Program-made: the position numbers and the translations under genes
DNA from: Podarcis bocagei
Lineage: Eukaryota
Assembly (NCBI GenBank): GCA_964188305.1
Contig: OZ076887.1
Reading direction: 5' to 3' (one strand)
DNA length: 64,000 bases
The notes under the pieces: generated by a model
Databases searched by the model: none
What the model was told of the DNA's origin: nothing
What the model saw: only the letters and a program-made list of their open reading frames with translations
Shown: piece after piece, positions 11,458 to 24,045 of the stretch
How the letters are laid out: every line of letters begins with the position of its first letter
How positions within the stretch are numbered: position 1 is the stretch's first letter

Positions 11458-13927
11458 GTATGCATAACCCAGTTATTTTGCTGCTTGATTACATGTCCAT
11501 TTGCAAAACCCAATGTCTGTGCATGAATCTCTGCAAGATTTTTGCAAAACCGATGCCACTGTGGCAAATCAGATACAATAGTTACATTCAGGATATGTGG
11601 TACTTCACCATACTTACACTGACTGTATGTAAATGTTCAACTTGGTTTAACTTTGAGGCAACAAAAAGTCTATTTTAGATTCTGAAGTGTACCTAACCTG
11701 CAGTACTAAGCAAACCTGGTAGAAACTATTTCCAACTAAACATTAGGAGGAATAAGTAATTGATAAGTAATTAAAACTGGTGGCTTGAGCATAAGCTTTA
11801 TATTAGAGTGGCAGTACTATTTTGATGGATAGTGTTCCTAAATAATCTCCATTGTTTGTCCTTCACGTGTTGCAGCAGGCAAGTTTTGATATATATTAGT
11901 TACATCTGCATGATGTACATGGAATCATTTCATTACATTCTCACAATGACATAGTGAGATGGTTGAAGCTGACATTTCACTCATTGTATCACATGACTGA
12001 AATATGGAGTTGAAAACATATTTCCCTGGGCACAGGTTTGCCGGGTCCCAATACCCTGTACTTGCTGGTTCTTCAGTGATGCACTGCACAGAAACATTTA
12101 TGCAGGTGTCTTCATTCATATAAGACTGTACGTTTACTCTGTACATATGTTGTTACTCAGTATACATATTTGTTCATGATCGCTGGTGCCTGTTCTTTGT
12201 TTGAGCTCAGATTGCTCAAAGTAAATGGGAGAGGGATCCTTTATTATTTAATTTTCGGTGAAATAATAACACAGTCTATGTATTCCCACCCATCTCAACA
12301 TATCATAATCCACTGGAATGATACAGAGCTTGCTTTATGAGGCAGTTGGATAAGGGAAACTTGAGAAAGTAAAGAACCCACCTCATTAAGTATATAGTTT
12401 CCCATTGACCTGCAGCACAATCTGCTTCAGAAAGTGAGAAAATTGGTGGAGGTGAGGAGGTGAGCAGCACTTTACTTCTTTTTCAGATCAAGAGAAATGC
12501 AGGTTAGAATTGAGAGGCCAGGTAGAATCTTGCATTTTGCCCTCTTGAGTGATTCATTTCACATGGTGAGAATTCTTAAAATGCCTGGCCTCTTTGTTCA
12601 AACTCTGTATACTGGAGTTATGAACATTGACACAACCAGGAGGTCCCAAAGTTGTAAATCTGCTTTGTTGTTTTGCTTTGCTTTTTCTCTCCTCTACCCC
12701 TCTCAAATGCATTGCTTGTCTTTGACGTGAACAAGTAATATATCAGAGTTAAGGTACTGCTTATATCTGCTAGCACAAGAAGTGTCACTTAAGGTGTCTC
12801 AAGGCTTTTCTGCTCCAGATTTCATCCAGTGCTAACATTCGTCATCAATCCACTCTAGACACAAGCCTTCTTTATCTGTTCTGACAGGATGGTTTGTTTT
12901 CTCTCTCTACCATGGTAGAAAGAAGTGGCGCTGAGAATGCCCCTCAATTGTATTTATCAGTAACAAACTTACTGGCTCATAAAATGTTCAAGTATCTTAT
13001 AATTGTATGCTACCGTTGCCTCATATTAACAGGAGATTCCCGGGTTTTAAAAGGTGTAGCCCATACATGATCAGAAGGACAAAAATAAAGATCAGTGCAG
13101 TACCCAAGCAGGAAACTAAATATAATGATAAGCTGCAACTTTATGTGTGTCACTTGCTTTCAGGACACAGTAAAAAGATTACGTAAGATGGTACTGGTAA
13201 GCAGACGTGTGTTTTCCTTTTTCTGTGAATGAAAATAAGAAACTTGCAGGATAGTTGCTCCCTTTTCAGGAAAATATGGTGCACTGCCATGCAATTTTCT
13301 TTTGTGAGGTTTTGAAGATACTATTAACATAGTAAGCTACCCACCCACCTGGCTCGAGTTTTATCATTCTTTTCTTCCTTTGACTTTTTTTGGGGAGACA
13401 TGTGTGAGAGCTGTTGCTAAAAGCATCAACTGAGCCCTTTCCTGTTGATCTAATTGTAGCTTTGCAAATTGTAAAAGGATTAATTGATTGGATTGATGAC
13501 GAATGTTAGCTTGCTTTCAAAAACCAGATGAGGCTGCTACATTAACAGCCACACAACTTTCCCCTGTTTCATCTGCTAGCATTCCCCTATGTTACACAGG
13601 TTCCTTCTGTCATTTCATGAAAATGTTTGGTGTATGGTTGGGTCAGTAGAGCGGACTTGAGAGTTGAAACAATTGGCTCGTCCTTTCCCACTTCCAGATG
13701 TAGCAAGGTATGAGTAGACATTTGTGATGGGCTATCTCAATAATTTATATGTATTTAGGGTTCTGAAATACCTACATGGAAAATGTAGGATCCTTGAGTT
13801 TCCCCATGCATGGTACAACTGCAGTTTCTCGTTTACCATTGAGGTGCAGAAGATGATAAAAGTATCAGAGGGGTGTGTGTGTGCGTGTTTCATGCTGTAT
13901 TCTCTTTTAGATAACCTGATACAACTA

Positions 13928-14070
13928 CAGGTGGGGATGGAAACCTGTGACCCTCTTGAAGTAGTTGGACTATAACTCCCATCAACCCTGACCTGACCCA
14001 TAGGCCATTATAGTTGTGACCAATGAGAGTTGTGGTTGAGCAACACCTGGGGACCATACATTCCCTACTG
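13928..14070. mobile_element. Short hAT-type MITE of the same family, boundaries approximate
   Basis: GGACTATAACTCCCATC ... GAGAGTTGTGGTTGAGCAACACCTGG, similar to 52007-52134 and 42430-42565. Confidence 0.5.
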
Positions 14071-17000
14071 TTTTAGGACATAACATTCTCTTCACAATTT
14101 AGGTGTCCCCCACACAAACAATGTGGGGTTGGTGATCCCTCATTTAAGAATATTTCTGCTCCATATAACATAAACCATTCCCCTTGCTGAATTTTTTCTA
14201 TGGCAGCCTTAAAATTCCTGCAGTAGGTCAGGCATTAAAAATCAAAATAGATAGCTTTAGTAAGACATTTGGAATTCAGTAGTTTGAATCTATTACCACC
14301 AACCTGAAAAGTCATAAAGCAAGTAGTGCTTAAGAAAACATCATTGTGTTAAAAGGCAAATCATTCTTCATTCACTTGTTTTTATTTCATAAACAAATAT
14401 GAATAGGGCTGCTTTGGTACTGTAATATTGAATAATAGGACTGAAGGAATAGGTGAAGCATCTGTGGGTCTTAGGTGAAATCAAGCTGAATTACTGAAAA
14501 AGACAAAACGTGCTTCAGTATTTTTTTTTAAAGCACACACACCTGAAAACCATAAAACAAATAGTTGTCAGAGCTACATTTTGATGTGATGAATGTGATA
14601 GAATAGTTTTATTAGCTGTATTACCTGCCCATGATTGTCAAAGCCATGAATGAGTTATGTAGAGCATTTCCAAACAAGGAAATAATAAAAGCTTTATGCC
14701 ACATGTGTACCTTACAGAACCCATTTCTGGAAAAGAAGCTGCAAAGGTTATTAGCAACTCTTTTCATTGCTCATTTAAGCCCTGTGCAAACAGTCTCTAC
14801 CTTCAGTGGAGGTTTGAGATTGTGCCCTCTGACCTTGCCCTTGGGATTTGAGGTTGTGTTTAAATAGAGGCCTATATGCATGGAGTTGACATGTGCAGGT
14901 GTAATCCTCCCAGTTTGCAGGGGTCTAGATCAGACCTGCGTGTACTGCATTACATGCACGTGGGCTACTTTTGATTGAGACTTCCAGCTTGTAGATGTCA
15001 GGTGGGTTTGCAGCTTGATTCCACTATCCTACTGCATGTAGACAATCAACACCTGCACTAGTTAATATACCTTAGATGTGGAAGCATCACTAGAGTAGTT
15101 GGCATCAACCTAGCTACTGGCCTTTCTCTAGTTTTTCCCTTACTCTTTGAGGTGCCTTTAATGTTAATGGATTTGCAGTTCATATTCTCAATGGGTTGTG
15201 TTGTGGTTTCTGCTGCTGTTCTGTTTTGCTATTTTAGTTCTGTTCCAAACGTACTATTGTGGTTTTATAATTGTATGTTAGGGCTTTTTATAGTGTGCTT
15301 TTTTAAAAAACCTTCTTGGGCAATATAAAGAGTGGAAAGGAAGTTACGTAAAAGAAGTCGGGAAGCATGTGAGATAAAATTGCCAAATGGGGTCATTGTG
15401 AGAAATAGGAAACAAAACAATATGCCGAAAATGTCCTTTATCAAAATAACATGTAGGCAGGATAGGCTGTGTGACAACATTAATTTTAAATTCTTTCAAA
15501 AAGCAAGTTGAATACCTCAGTGAATGAGCAGGAGTACTTTTATTTCATCTTATTCCATGGTTTTGCAAGGAACTAAAGCAAGTTAGTTAGATTGTTGCTT
15601 TCCTGTTGATTCGAAAATGTATTGAAAAAGCCTATTTATGTTCCAGTTTATGTTCCCAGGGGGAGTCACTAAAATATTGGCAGTTTCATGCATCATAGCC
15701 TACCTTGTTTTGAGTTTATGAATTTTTTTTATATTGGTTACCCTGCTTAACTTAGCCTTCATTTAAAAACAAAGGGCTGCCTCACATGTGCATGGTGACA
15801 TCTACTGATATTTCCAAGGAGTGCCTAGAACAATTTTGAGTATTCTTTTAAAAACTGAATATACTGCAAGGGGAGTACTGATCAGTTTTACGCATCATTA
15901 TTTCAGAATTACAAAAGGACATCATCTGTATTCTCCTTCCACTGTGAAAATATATCTTTAAATGATGACACCATAGGCATGTTCAGGCATTTGTTTGAAT
16001 GCACAAATGTGCATTTCCCCATCCATGGATGCAGAGTTTATGTGTTCAGACAAATGCCTGAACATGTAACATCTCATAAATATATATAGAACTGGAACTT
16101 ACTGTTTTCCCTCTTTTTTTTACAAAGTATCGACCTAGTACACATTCACTGGTGCAACTTAGTATGCGTGTTTAAATTTCCACTGATTTTTGTGATACTT
16201 GGAGCCTGATCCTATGAATGGTTACTTACAGGTAAGGCCCAATGAGACCATAGTGTGCTTTGACTGCAGTCTGAAATATTTAACCACGCTCTGGTTACTG
16301 CTTCACATTTTCTACAGTTCTTGAGCCAAAAGACAACTGAAGTGTATGGACAGAGGAGAAGTGTTTCAGAGACTAGAAAGAACAAATACTCTTCACTGTG
16401 GCTCTAAAGTTTATGTTTGCTTAGCTCTGAGCTAGCATTCTAAACTACCTCTGACTTTTCCCTGTGTTCCATTATTTACTGGTCTTGTTTCTTTCAGGAG
16501 AGCTGTTTTCCACTGCAGTCTCAGCTGAGACTCGCAGCACATCAGATTTCTAAGGCTACCACCAAAGTGGTTTAACATAAAAGCTTCATACTGCATTTTC
16601 CCCATCGTCTCATATTGCATCAGATGCAAATTTAAAGCTACTTCACAAGCTGTGAATGAAACCACCAATACTAGAAGCACAAAAAGTACTAAGTGCATAT
16701 AAACTAAGACAAAAATGCAACCAAATGCTTAATTAAAGACTCTGACCTGTTGTCTGAGAAGTTAGCCTTAAACCCATGTCTCCCACATAGCTGTGAGACC
16801 CATTATCCATTCCCCTGATAGTTAATGCTTTAATCTTTTTTGGCTTTCTCCCAGATTGTTCTTCATATGCATGGAATCTGTTGGTTGGGGAGAGGGATGG
16901 GTGGTGTTGGATTACAGAATTAGAGTTTAAACAGTAGTGATTAATATGCTACATTGTTAGAATGAAGTGTTATGTTTCAAATGATGCCTAGCAACACACA

Positions 17001-19451
17001 AATTCAGAGCTGGGTCTGATATTCCTGTGCTATATTTCAAAGTCTTATTGAAACAGTAAATGAATTTCAAATTAGAAATAGGAAATTCAAACCAGTTTTG
17101 CTGGTGGCTAGTTTTGCTGAACTGTAAGAAATATTGACTAAATTCTATCACCAAGACATTGTACCAACATAGCCCTCATTCACATGTAACACTAAGCCAA
17201 ACGATAGCTTAGCACAAATAAGCAAACATGCAGGATCCTAGAAATATTGGATCTGCATTGTTCCTTCTTCGTCGTTCTAGTGCTGCACTTCGCTGATCTA
17301 AGCTTAGTGTGTCATCTGAACCCAGGTTCATGGTTTAGCTCTCTCAATACAGACCACAAATGGGCAACTGTAGGAAAAACTTAGTTCTGTCCATACAAAC
17401 CATGGGCTATAACTGATGTTTTTTATTACAGATTTACTTGTATAACAAGAATACATATAGTGTCTCTGTTTTCAATTCATAGAATCTTTTTCACAGTTCA
17501 GTTACATTTGGTGTGAGACACTGCTGTCGTAGACATTACGCGATCGGGGAAAAGGGGGATACTGATCCTTCTTTCTGTTGTATATTGTTTGTGCAAGGTT
17601 TTTTTGTCAGCATGATGTGAGTAGGCCATGTATGTATGTATGTTGTGTGAGAGATGAGAGGTTAGTACGTTCAGTTGGTTGCAGTGTGGTTTGTTTGTAT
17701 GTGTGAGTGGGCGTATTGGGTCATATTAGCCATATTGATTCACATGCCTGCTCATTCACTTTAAGCAATGGTTTGACTTAGCCTGATGTGAAAGGCAGGC
17801 CAGTATGACTGAAATCTCTTAACCATGGTGAAAGATTAGAAACAGAGTGTATTACTGAGCATTCCCTCTCCCTTGATCCATTGCCCTCAGGTCTGGTTAA
17901 GCATTACATCCACAATGAAATCTACCATGGTTATACTAACTAGATGTTAAAGATATGATGGAGAAGCATCCCCTGTTTTACCAGGGAAACCCAGCATGCT
18001 CCTTCTTGACTTGCTTTATGATGGGTGTTTAAGGCCTACTGATTCTAGCAGGCTTTCAACATCTATTATATGGCATACTTCAATAAATGTAGAGTGATAA
18101 AATAGTAGGCCACATAGAAAAGTCGTAATATTTTGAAATATATAAAACAAACTAGGGATCCAAATTGATAAAGATTTTAAATTGAGGATCCCATGATTTG
18201 CTGCTCTTGGTCATCTTGAGAGTTATTCGGTTTGCAGTTAAATTAAAGTACATGCAGATCTGCATGCAGAGGTTTCTGGTTGGGCTGGGAAGGACTCGAA
18301 ACCCTGGAGAGCTGCTTCTGGTCAGTGTGGACAGTATAGAACCAACAGCCTTACTTGGTGTTAGCACCTTTTGGCATTCTAAGTCCTATGCCTCCTCCCA
18401 CTTTAGACCTCTGTGACCCCTGAAAAGTCTCATTCTTCTGGGCGCTGGAGGCCCAGCACACGTCCTGGAGAGCCTTCCTGGGAAGTACTGGGAGGAGGGC
18501 AAATTCCTTTCCATAAACTTCCCACTTACAGATTTTGGAATTAAAGTCAGTGGCTCATGCTCATCTTTGTGCCAGTTTGGGGACTGCTTCCCCATTCTTC
18601 ATAGATGTATCTGCTCTTTGCTCTCCCATTTTTCTTCTCTAGCAATGCATTTGGCCAGGACAGGACTTTAGGGAGGGCTGTATGTGTCTTGTTTTCATTT
18701 GTAGGATTCTCCAATCTGGTAACTGTACATTTGTTACTTGTGGTGATGTTTAGAAAGTATTTGGCTTATTTTATATCTGGTAAATTGACACATGGATGTT
18801 TTCAGGTATTAGATTTTGTCATAATTAGGACCATTCTATTAACCTAATGAGAATCTTCATGCATGGGAGTTTTGCAGTTCCAGGCACCATATATGGCAAC
18901 TCTTTCTTTCACTAGCTTCAGAATTGCAAAGGGTTGTAAAAATGAATAAGGATATTGAATCATAATGTTTACTCTTAACTATGACTGTTTGAGATTCGTG
19001 GAAACCTTCTCACAGCATTAAAGCAAGATTGGGTGTCATCCAGAGAACTCCAGCCCTGCCTAATTTCCTTCAAAAATTAATGCAACTTTAACTTGTTCCA
19101 TTGCTTTCACTGGTTTCATCCAATATGTTGTATTTGGACAATGAAGAAGAGGTCAATGTTAAGTATTTTGTACAATAGAATGACAAATGCCTGCTAACTG
19201 GGACTCTGGTGTCCCACATTAAAGAGAGGTTAATTCGTACTCCTAACACAGAACACATTGTCTTGTTGTCCTGAGGCAAAACAGATAATCATGTTATTCC
19301 AGTTTCAGTGGATGTGCAGATTACTGTATAATATTTTCTTAGTTGCTGTATATGTCAGTCCTTAATGTTCTGCAAGATTTCTGCTGAAGCATATATTTGT
19401 ACTATTTTCCATATATGCTAATGATTTATTGCATTTTGTATTATCCCTTAG

Positions 19452-19557
19452 CCAAAGTGAAAGAGAAGAATTTGAAACAGAGTTCAAACAGAAATATGAA
19501 CGGGAGAAGATTCTCTTGACAGAGGAGAACAAAAAGCTTTCTGCTGAGCTTGATAAG
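19452..19557 (+). CDS. CDC42BPA: Exon (SQSEREEFETEFKQKYEREK...ELDK), 106 nt
   Basis: cccttag|CCAAAG; AAG|gtaagt. Confidence 0.93.
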
Positions 19558-20364
19558 GTAAGTGTTTTGTGGGTGAAATTAAAAAATTGAGCAAAGTTGA
19601 AAAATTCATAAAGGAGCATATAACTGGGAAAATGTGAATAACTTCCAATACTGATTCAAGTATAATTAATTATGTTCCCATGATGGGAGTTTAGATTTGA
19701 TGATATCTCTATTCATTTCCGATTAGATCCCACAAAATTACTGAATAATATAGATTAAGATACACTGGCATGCTGATTACTTTAGGAGCCAAAATGTAAT
19801 TTCTATCTGGTAAGATGCAAAGTTAATTACAGATCCAAACTTATACCAGAAGTATTTATGGACAACAGACTGCTTCATTAGGTGGTTAAAAAATACTAAT
19901 GAAAGACAATTAAATAAGGGATCAGAATAAAATAAAATTTATCAAATGGGTGAGGGTCAAATGTGTAACAAGGAAACAAAGAGAAAAGTGTGAAACTGTT
20001 TTGGACTTAGATTACACCAGGACTTTGGAATAACCCTTATATTGACATGAAAAAGCCTTGGACAGCCTTAGCTGGAAGAAAATGATCACTATAGTCAGCT
20101 TCAGGCATTGTTCTTATGAAAGGGCAGTTATGGTGAAAGGAAGTATATATAGCTCTCCAAACTTGTGTGGCTCCTCCTGCATGGGGAACAGAGAGCAGAC
20201 TCCCTACTTCAGAAGATTTGCCCCATCAGGGTTGAGAAAAGTCATGCAACTTCAGGAATGTGGCTAACATGTGGCCCCCTCAGCTCCTTCCACCTTGTTT
20301 GTCCCTTTCATGTGAGTAGTGCCTCAGGAGGGCTTCCACCTCAGAAAATAGGAATGCAATATGG

Positions 20365-20470
20365 CAGAAGTAGCAAACCCATAGCCCTCCAGATGTTTGA
20401 TTTTAACTCCCATCTTCCCTACTGGCTGGAGTCCAGCAATATTGGTAGGGCCACAAGCCGCCCAGCCATG
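20365..20470. mobile_element. Short degraded hAT-type MITE (actcccatc family)
   Basis: Flanks CAATATGG / CACTATGG (7/8 match); similar to 52007-52134. Confidence 0.55.
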
Positions 20471-20491
20471 CACTATGGAAACATCAAAATA

Positions 20492-21122
20492 CAGTGGTGC
20501 CCCGCAAGACGAACGCCTCGCGAGACAAAAAACTCGCAAAACGAAAGGTTTTTTCGTTTTCGAGTTGCCTCGCAAGACGAATTTCCCTATGGGCTTGCTT
20601 CGCAAAATGAAGCTTGCCCCGCAAGCTCCGGGACAGTGGGAAGCGCAGCACGTCTTCCCCGCTGTCCCCGGACCTCTTTTGAAGCAAGGGGCTGCGGGGA
20701 GAAGCGATCTTCTCCCCGCAGCCCCTTGCTTCAAAAGAGGTCCGGGGACAGCGGGAAGCGCAGCACGTCTTCCCCGCTGCCCCCAGACCTCTTTTGAAGC
20801 AAGGGGCGGCGGGGAGAAGATCGCTTCTCCCCGTTGCCAGCCCCACAAGCTCCGGGGACAGAGGGGAAGCCTTCCCCTCTCTCCCTGGACCCCTTTTGAA
20901 CCAAGGGGCGTCAAGGGGGAGAAGCGATCTTCTCCTCTCCGCCCCTTGCTTCAAAAGAGGGGACAGAGCGGCACTTCCCCTCTGTCCCCGGACGGTCTCC
21001 ATAGGAACGCATTGATTGATTTTCAATGCATTCCTATGGGAAACCATGCTTCGCAAGACGAAAAACTCGCAAGAAGAAAAAACTTGCGGAACGAATTAAT
21101 TTCGTCTTGCGAGGCACCACTG
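20492..21122. mobile_element. Second copy of the same MITE family, 631 bp, different core
   Basis: TA at 20490-91 and 21123-24; same TIRs and near-identical ~110-130 bp arms as 5684-6492. Confidence 0.88.
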
Positions 21123-21194
21123 TATAGAATTCATACAAAACCCAGGAATGCATAATTGAACTAGATGGTACTGAATTTCACTGAAATTAGAGGG

Positions 21195-21348
21195 CCTTCT
21201 CGGCTGTGTACTGCCTTCCCATCAGATGTCAAGGAGATAAAGAAATACACAACTTTTAGAAGAAATCTAAAGCCAGCCCTATATCAGGAAGTTTTTAATG
21301 TTTGACATTTTTGTATGTGCTGGAAGCTACCCAGAGTGGCAGAAGGGC

Positions 21349-21350
<2 letters not shown>
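21195..21350 (+). mobile_element. L2-type LINE 3' end preceding the (AAT)n tail
   Basis: CCCATCAGATGTCA...GCCC...GTTTTTAATG...GAAGCTACCCAGAGTGGC, similar to 62830-63000. Confidence 0.65.

Positions 21351-21410
<60 letters not shown>
21351..21410. repeat. (AAT)20 microsatellite
   Basis: Perfect 60-bp run; source of the poly-Ile ORFs. Confidence 0.97.
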
Positions 21411-21411
<1 letters not shown>

Positions 21412-21654
21412 GAAAAGGAATGTGTGTTTAAAGAGAACCTGGCAAGTGAGTGCCACAAATCAGGCATGATTTTTCCATTGTGAATTCTAGAATGCTTTGA
21501 CTTTTTGCATTCCGCAGGCAACAATGAGACTCACCCATGCATGTGATTTGTTGACCATTGAGGAGATCCATTTGCACAATAGATACTATGGGTTGGGGTA
21601 GTTGGTTTTATATAGGTGCTTCTGGCAACATATGTCATGAGGACACAACCAGCA

Positions 21655-21835
21655 GAGCATAGGAACACAAAAAGGCCCTGCTGAATCAGGCCAGTGTCCC
21701 ATCTAGTACAGCATCCTGTTCTCACAGTAGCGAACCAGATGCTTATGGGAAGCCTTCAAGCATGACCCAATTGCTCAAGAGCACTTCCCTGTGGTTTCCA
21801 GTCACTGGTATTCAGAAGCATACCTCCTCAGGCTG
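21655..21835 (-). mobile_element. CR1-like LINE 3' fragment
   Basis: CTGCTGAATCAGGCCAGTGTCCCATCTAGTACAGCATCCTG resembles a reptile CR1 3' end as recalled. Confidence 0.5.
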
Positions 21836-21947
21836 CGTAGGATAGTGGAGCACATTTATGGATTCTAAAAGTTCACAAGAAACACAAGAAAAGCCATTTT
21901 AGGCCAGCAAGCCAAGATCATACCTCTTGTCTTTAAAATCTATTCAG

Positions 21948-22072
21948 CTTACAGCCATGTATGAGAGACTAAGTATGAGCAACCGGCAACTGGAAGAAGA
22001 GATGAGAGATCTTGCTGACAAAAAAGAATCTGTAGCGCACTGGGAAGCCCAGATCACGGAGATCATCCAGTG
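21948..22072 (+). CDS. CDC42BPA: Exon (LTAMYERLS...AHWEAQITEIIQW), 125 nt
   Basis: attcag|CTTACA; GTG|gtaaga. Confidence 0.93.
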
Positions 22073-23633
22073 GTAAGAACCTTCATCTAATCCCGTCTGC
22101 CACTGTCCCTCATGCAACAAGGCACGTTCTGTTTTGGACAAACAGAATTTAATTCTTCAGTCCCCTGGTGTTCTATTTCCAAGCTTCAGAAAACTCAACT
22201 CTTTTCAGCAGTGTAAACCACCACTGGGTATAGTTGTTGGATTTTCAAATACAAGTGACAACTAGTAGAATTCTAAGTAGCTTCATATATGATAGAATAA
22301 AAGGTGGTGGTGGAAGGTTTTTTTCTAGTATTTAGTCACAGAATTGGCATATTATCCTTCTTTGTTGATATCCTATAAATTAAATTTAAAACACAAAATA
22401 AAAAAAATGAATCTTGTGGCATCTTAAAGACTACCAAATCTGTAAGCTTTCTGGGACTGCAGTTCACTTATTCATATACATTAAGAGGCTGCCCCTTTGA
22501 AAATTGCTACAGAATGAAAAGTAGCCTTCAAGTGATAGTTTCTAATATTCCCTTCTATCATATTGACAAAGCTCAATCCCCTGTCTTTTACAGTACTCTG
22601 AAATAAAGATGCAGGCATGAGTTTGAACTGTTAGTGGGGGAAACAATTTTTTGCAGTGATTTGTTTTTCCATTTTTGGACCATTTGTAAAATGTAACTCT
22701 GAAAACAATCTGTACCTAAACATTTCCACAGATCATTTACACTGATTAATGTTAGTGTCTTGTGGCAGTATCATTTTTTAAATGTTTGTGTCCTTTTTAT
22801 CTGCTTTCATAGCAGCTGTATAATTTAATTTTGTATTAAGTAAAAATGGATAAACATAGTCTTTTTAGGGAAGCCTTGTTAGCTAGACAGTGCTTTCACA
22901 TCCAGTATAACTTTACTGTCCATATTTAGGCATAGCTCTGGCTTTTGAGTATGGTTAGTCAATGCACGTTGGGCTCTGAAACACTGGATGTGGTCCAAGC
23001 AATGTAGTTCACTTCATAAATGTACATAATTCAAACTCAAGGATCAGGGTCCATTTTTCACCCTTGAAGGTCTGGTTTTACAGAAGCAAAGAATAAAGAA
23101 TCAAAGCTGGATGATTTATAGTACTTCTTTGTCATAAACAAAAGTCTCTCATGCAAGCCGGGTGAGGGGAACACAGTAAAGCAAATATGTTTATATATTT
23201 TCTCTCACTGACTGGAAATTAAGTGCTTATGTGTTCAGATACTTCCCTAGCAGAAAGGTGAAATTTAGTACACATAGAATCCAATGTACCTTGAATATTA
23301 CAAAAGCCTGAAGTATGGTCTGTTTGGACCTGTCAAAACTCAGGATATGAAATTAATTCTCCAACTGATCCTGCTAATTATTATTATGAAATATATTGGT
23401 GTTGGGTTGTTTGTTTGTTTGTTTTTGCCACATGCAATTCAAAGCAACTTACAAGAAAAGAAAACACATGCATGCAAACATTAAAACCAGGGCAGGGGAA
23501 ATTGAGACAGCCCTATGGTTGCCATGGAGATTGTGAAATCCCATGCAAAAGCAGTAGACAGAGCCTCAGTGTGAATGTTCAGTCTCTCCCAAAACTACTT
23601 TCGTCAGAGTAGTTTGTGGGCAGCAGTTACAAC

Positions 23634-23759
23634 CAGTGCTATTTTTCTAGAAACAGGGGTACAGGAACTCACTATGATCGCCTCCCTTGCTCTCTTATAA
23701 TGGCAATGGAACCCACCTTAGAGGTGCCGGAACTGAGTTCCCGCTGAAAGAAAGCTCTG
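23634..23759. mobile_element. hAT-like MITE, 126 bp
   Basis: 8-bp direct repeat GTTACAAC at 23626-33 and 23760-67; imperfect TIRs CAGTGCTATTTTT / AAAGAAAGCTCTG. Confidence 0.75.
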
Positions 23760-23769
23760 GTTACAACAA

Positions 23770-24045
23770 TGGTATCCCCAGTCTGACCTGGCAACAGATG
23801 GCAGTCCCAACCCAAGGTGGAAAGGTTTCCAAGTGAGGTTAATGGAATCATTTTGAATCACAGCAATTCCCTGCACCCGCTGTCTGAGGTGATGCTGTGC
23901 CACATCAATTAGTTCAGCTGCACCCAGCTCACCCACTAAGGTCTCAGCAATACTCCTCGGATCGGTTCCATTCATGTTCAGATCAAGGATGAGGGTGGTC
24001 TGTCTATGAACTGACCTGGCACCAAACAACAAGCATGGAGAAAAT
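23770..24045 (-). mobile_element. Degraded LINE (L2-type) AP-endonuclease fragment
   Basis: ORF 23718..24032(-) LFGARSVHRQTTLILDL...IAETLVGE...QGIAVI resembles the NARS..ITETW..GGVAV endonuclease motifs. Confidence 0.6.

Noticed and set aside
5684-21122. Pairing between MITE TIRs to circularise or skip exons 7335-19557 (708 nt, in frame)
   Set aside because: TIRs are only ~22 bp and each would pair preferentially within its own element; the two copies are in direct orientation.
20165-21155. 190-252 aa ORFs
   Set aside because: Same cause: palindromic GC-rich MITE interior, with near-mirror peptides on both strands.
21298-21524. Poly-isoleucine ORFs
   Set aside because: Translation of the (AAT)20 microsatellite.
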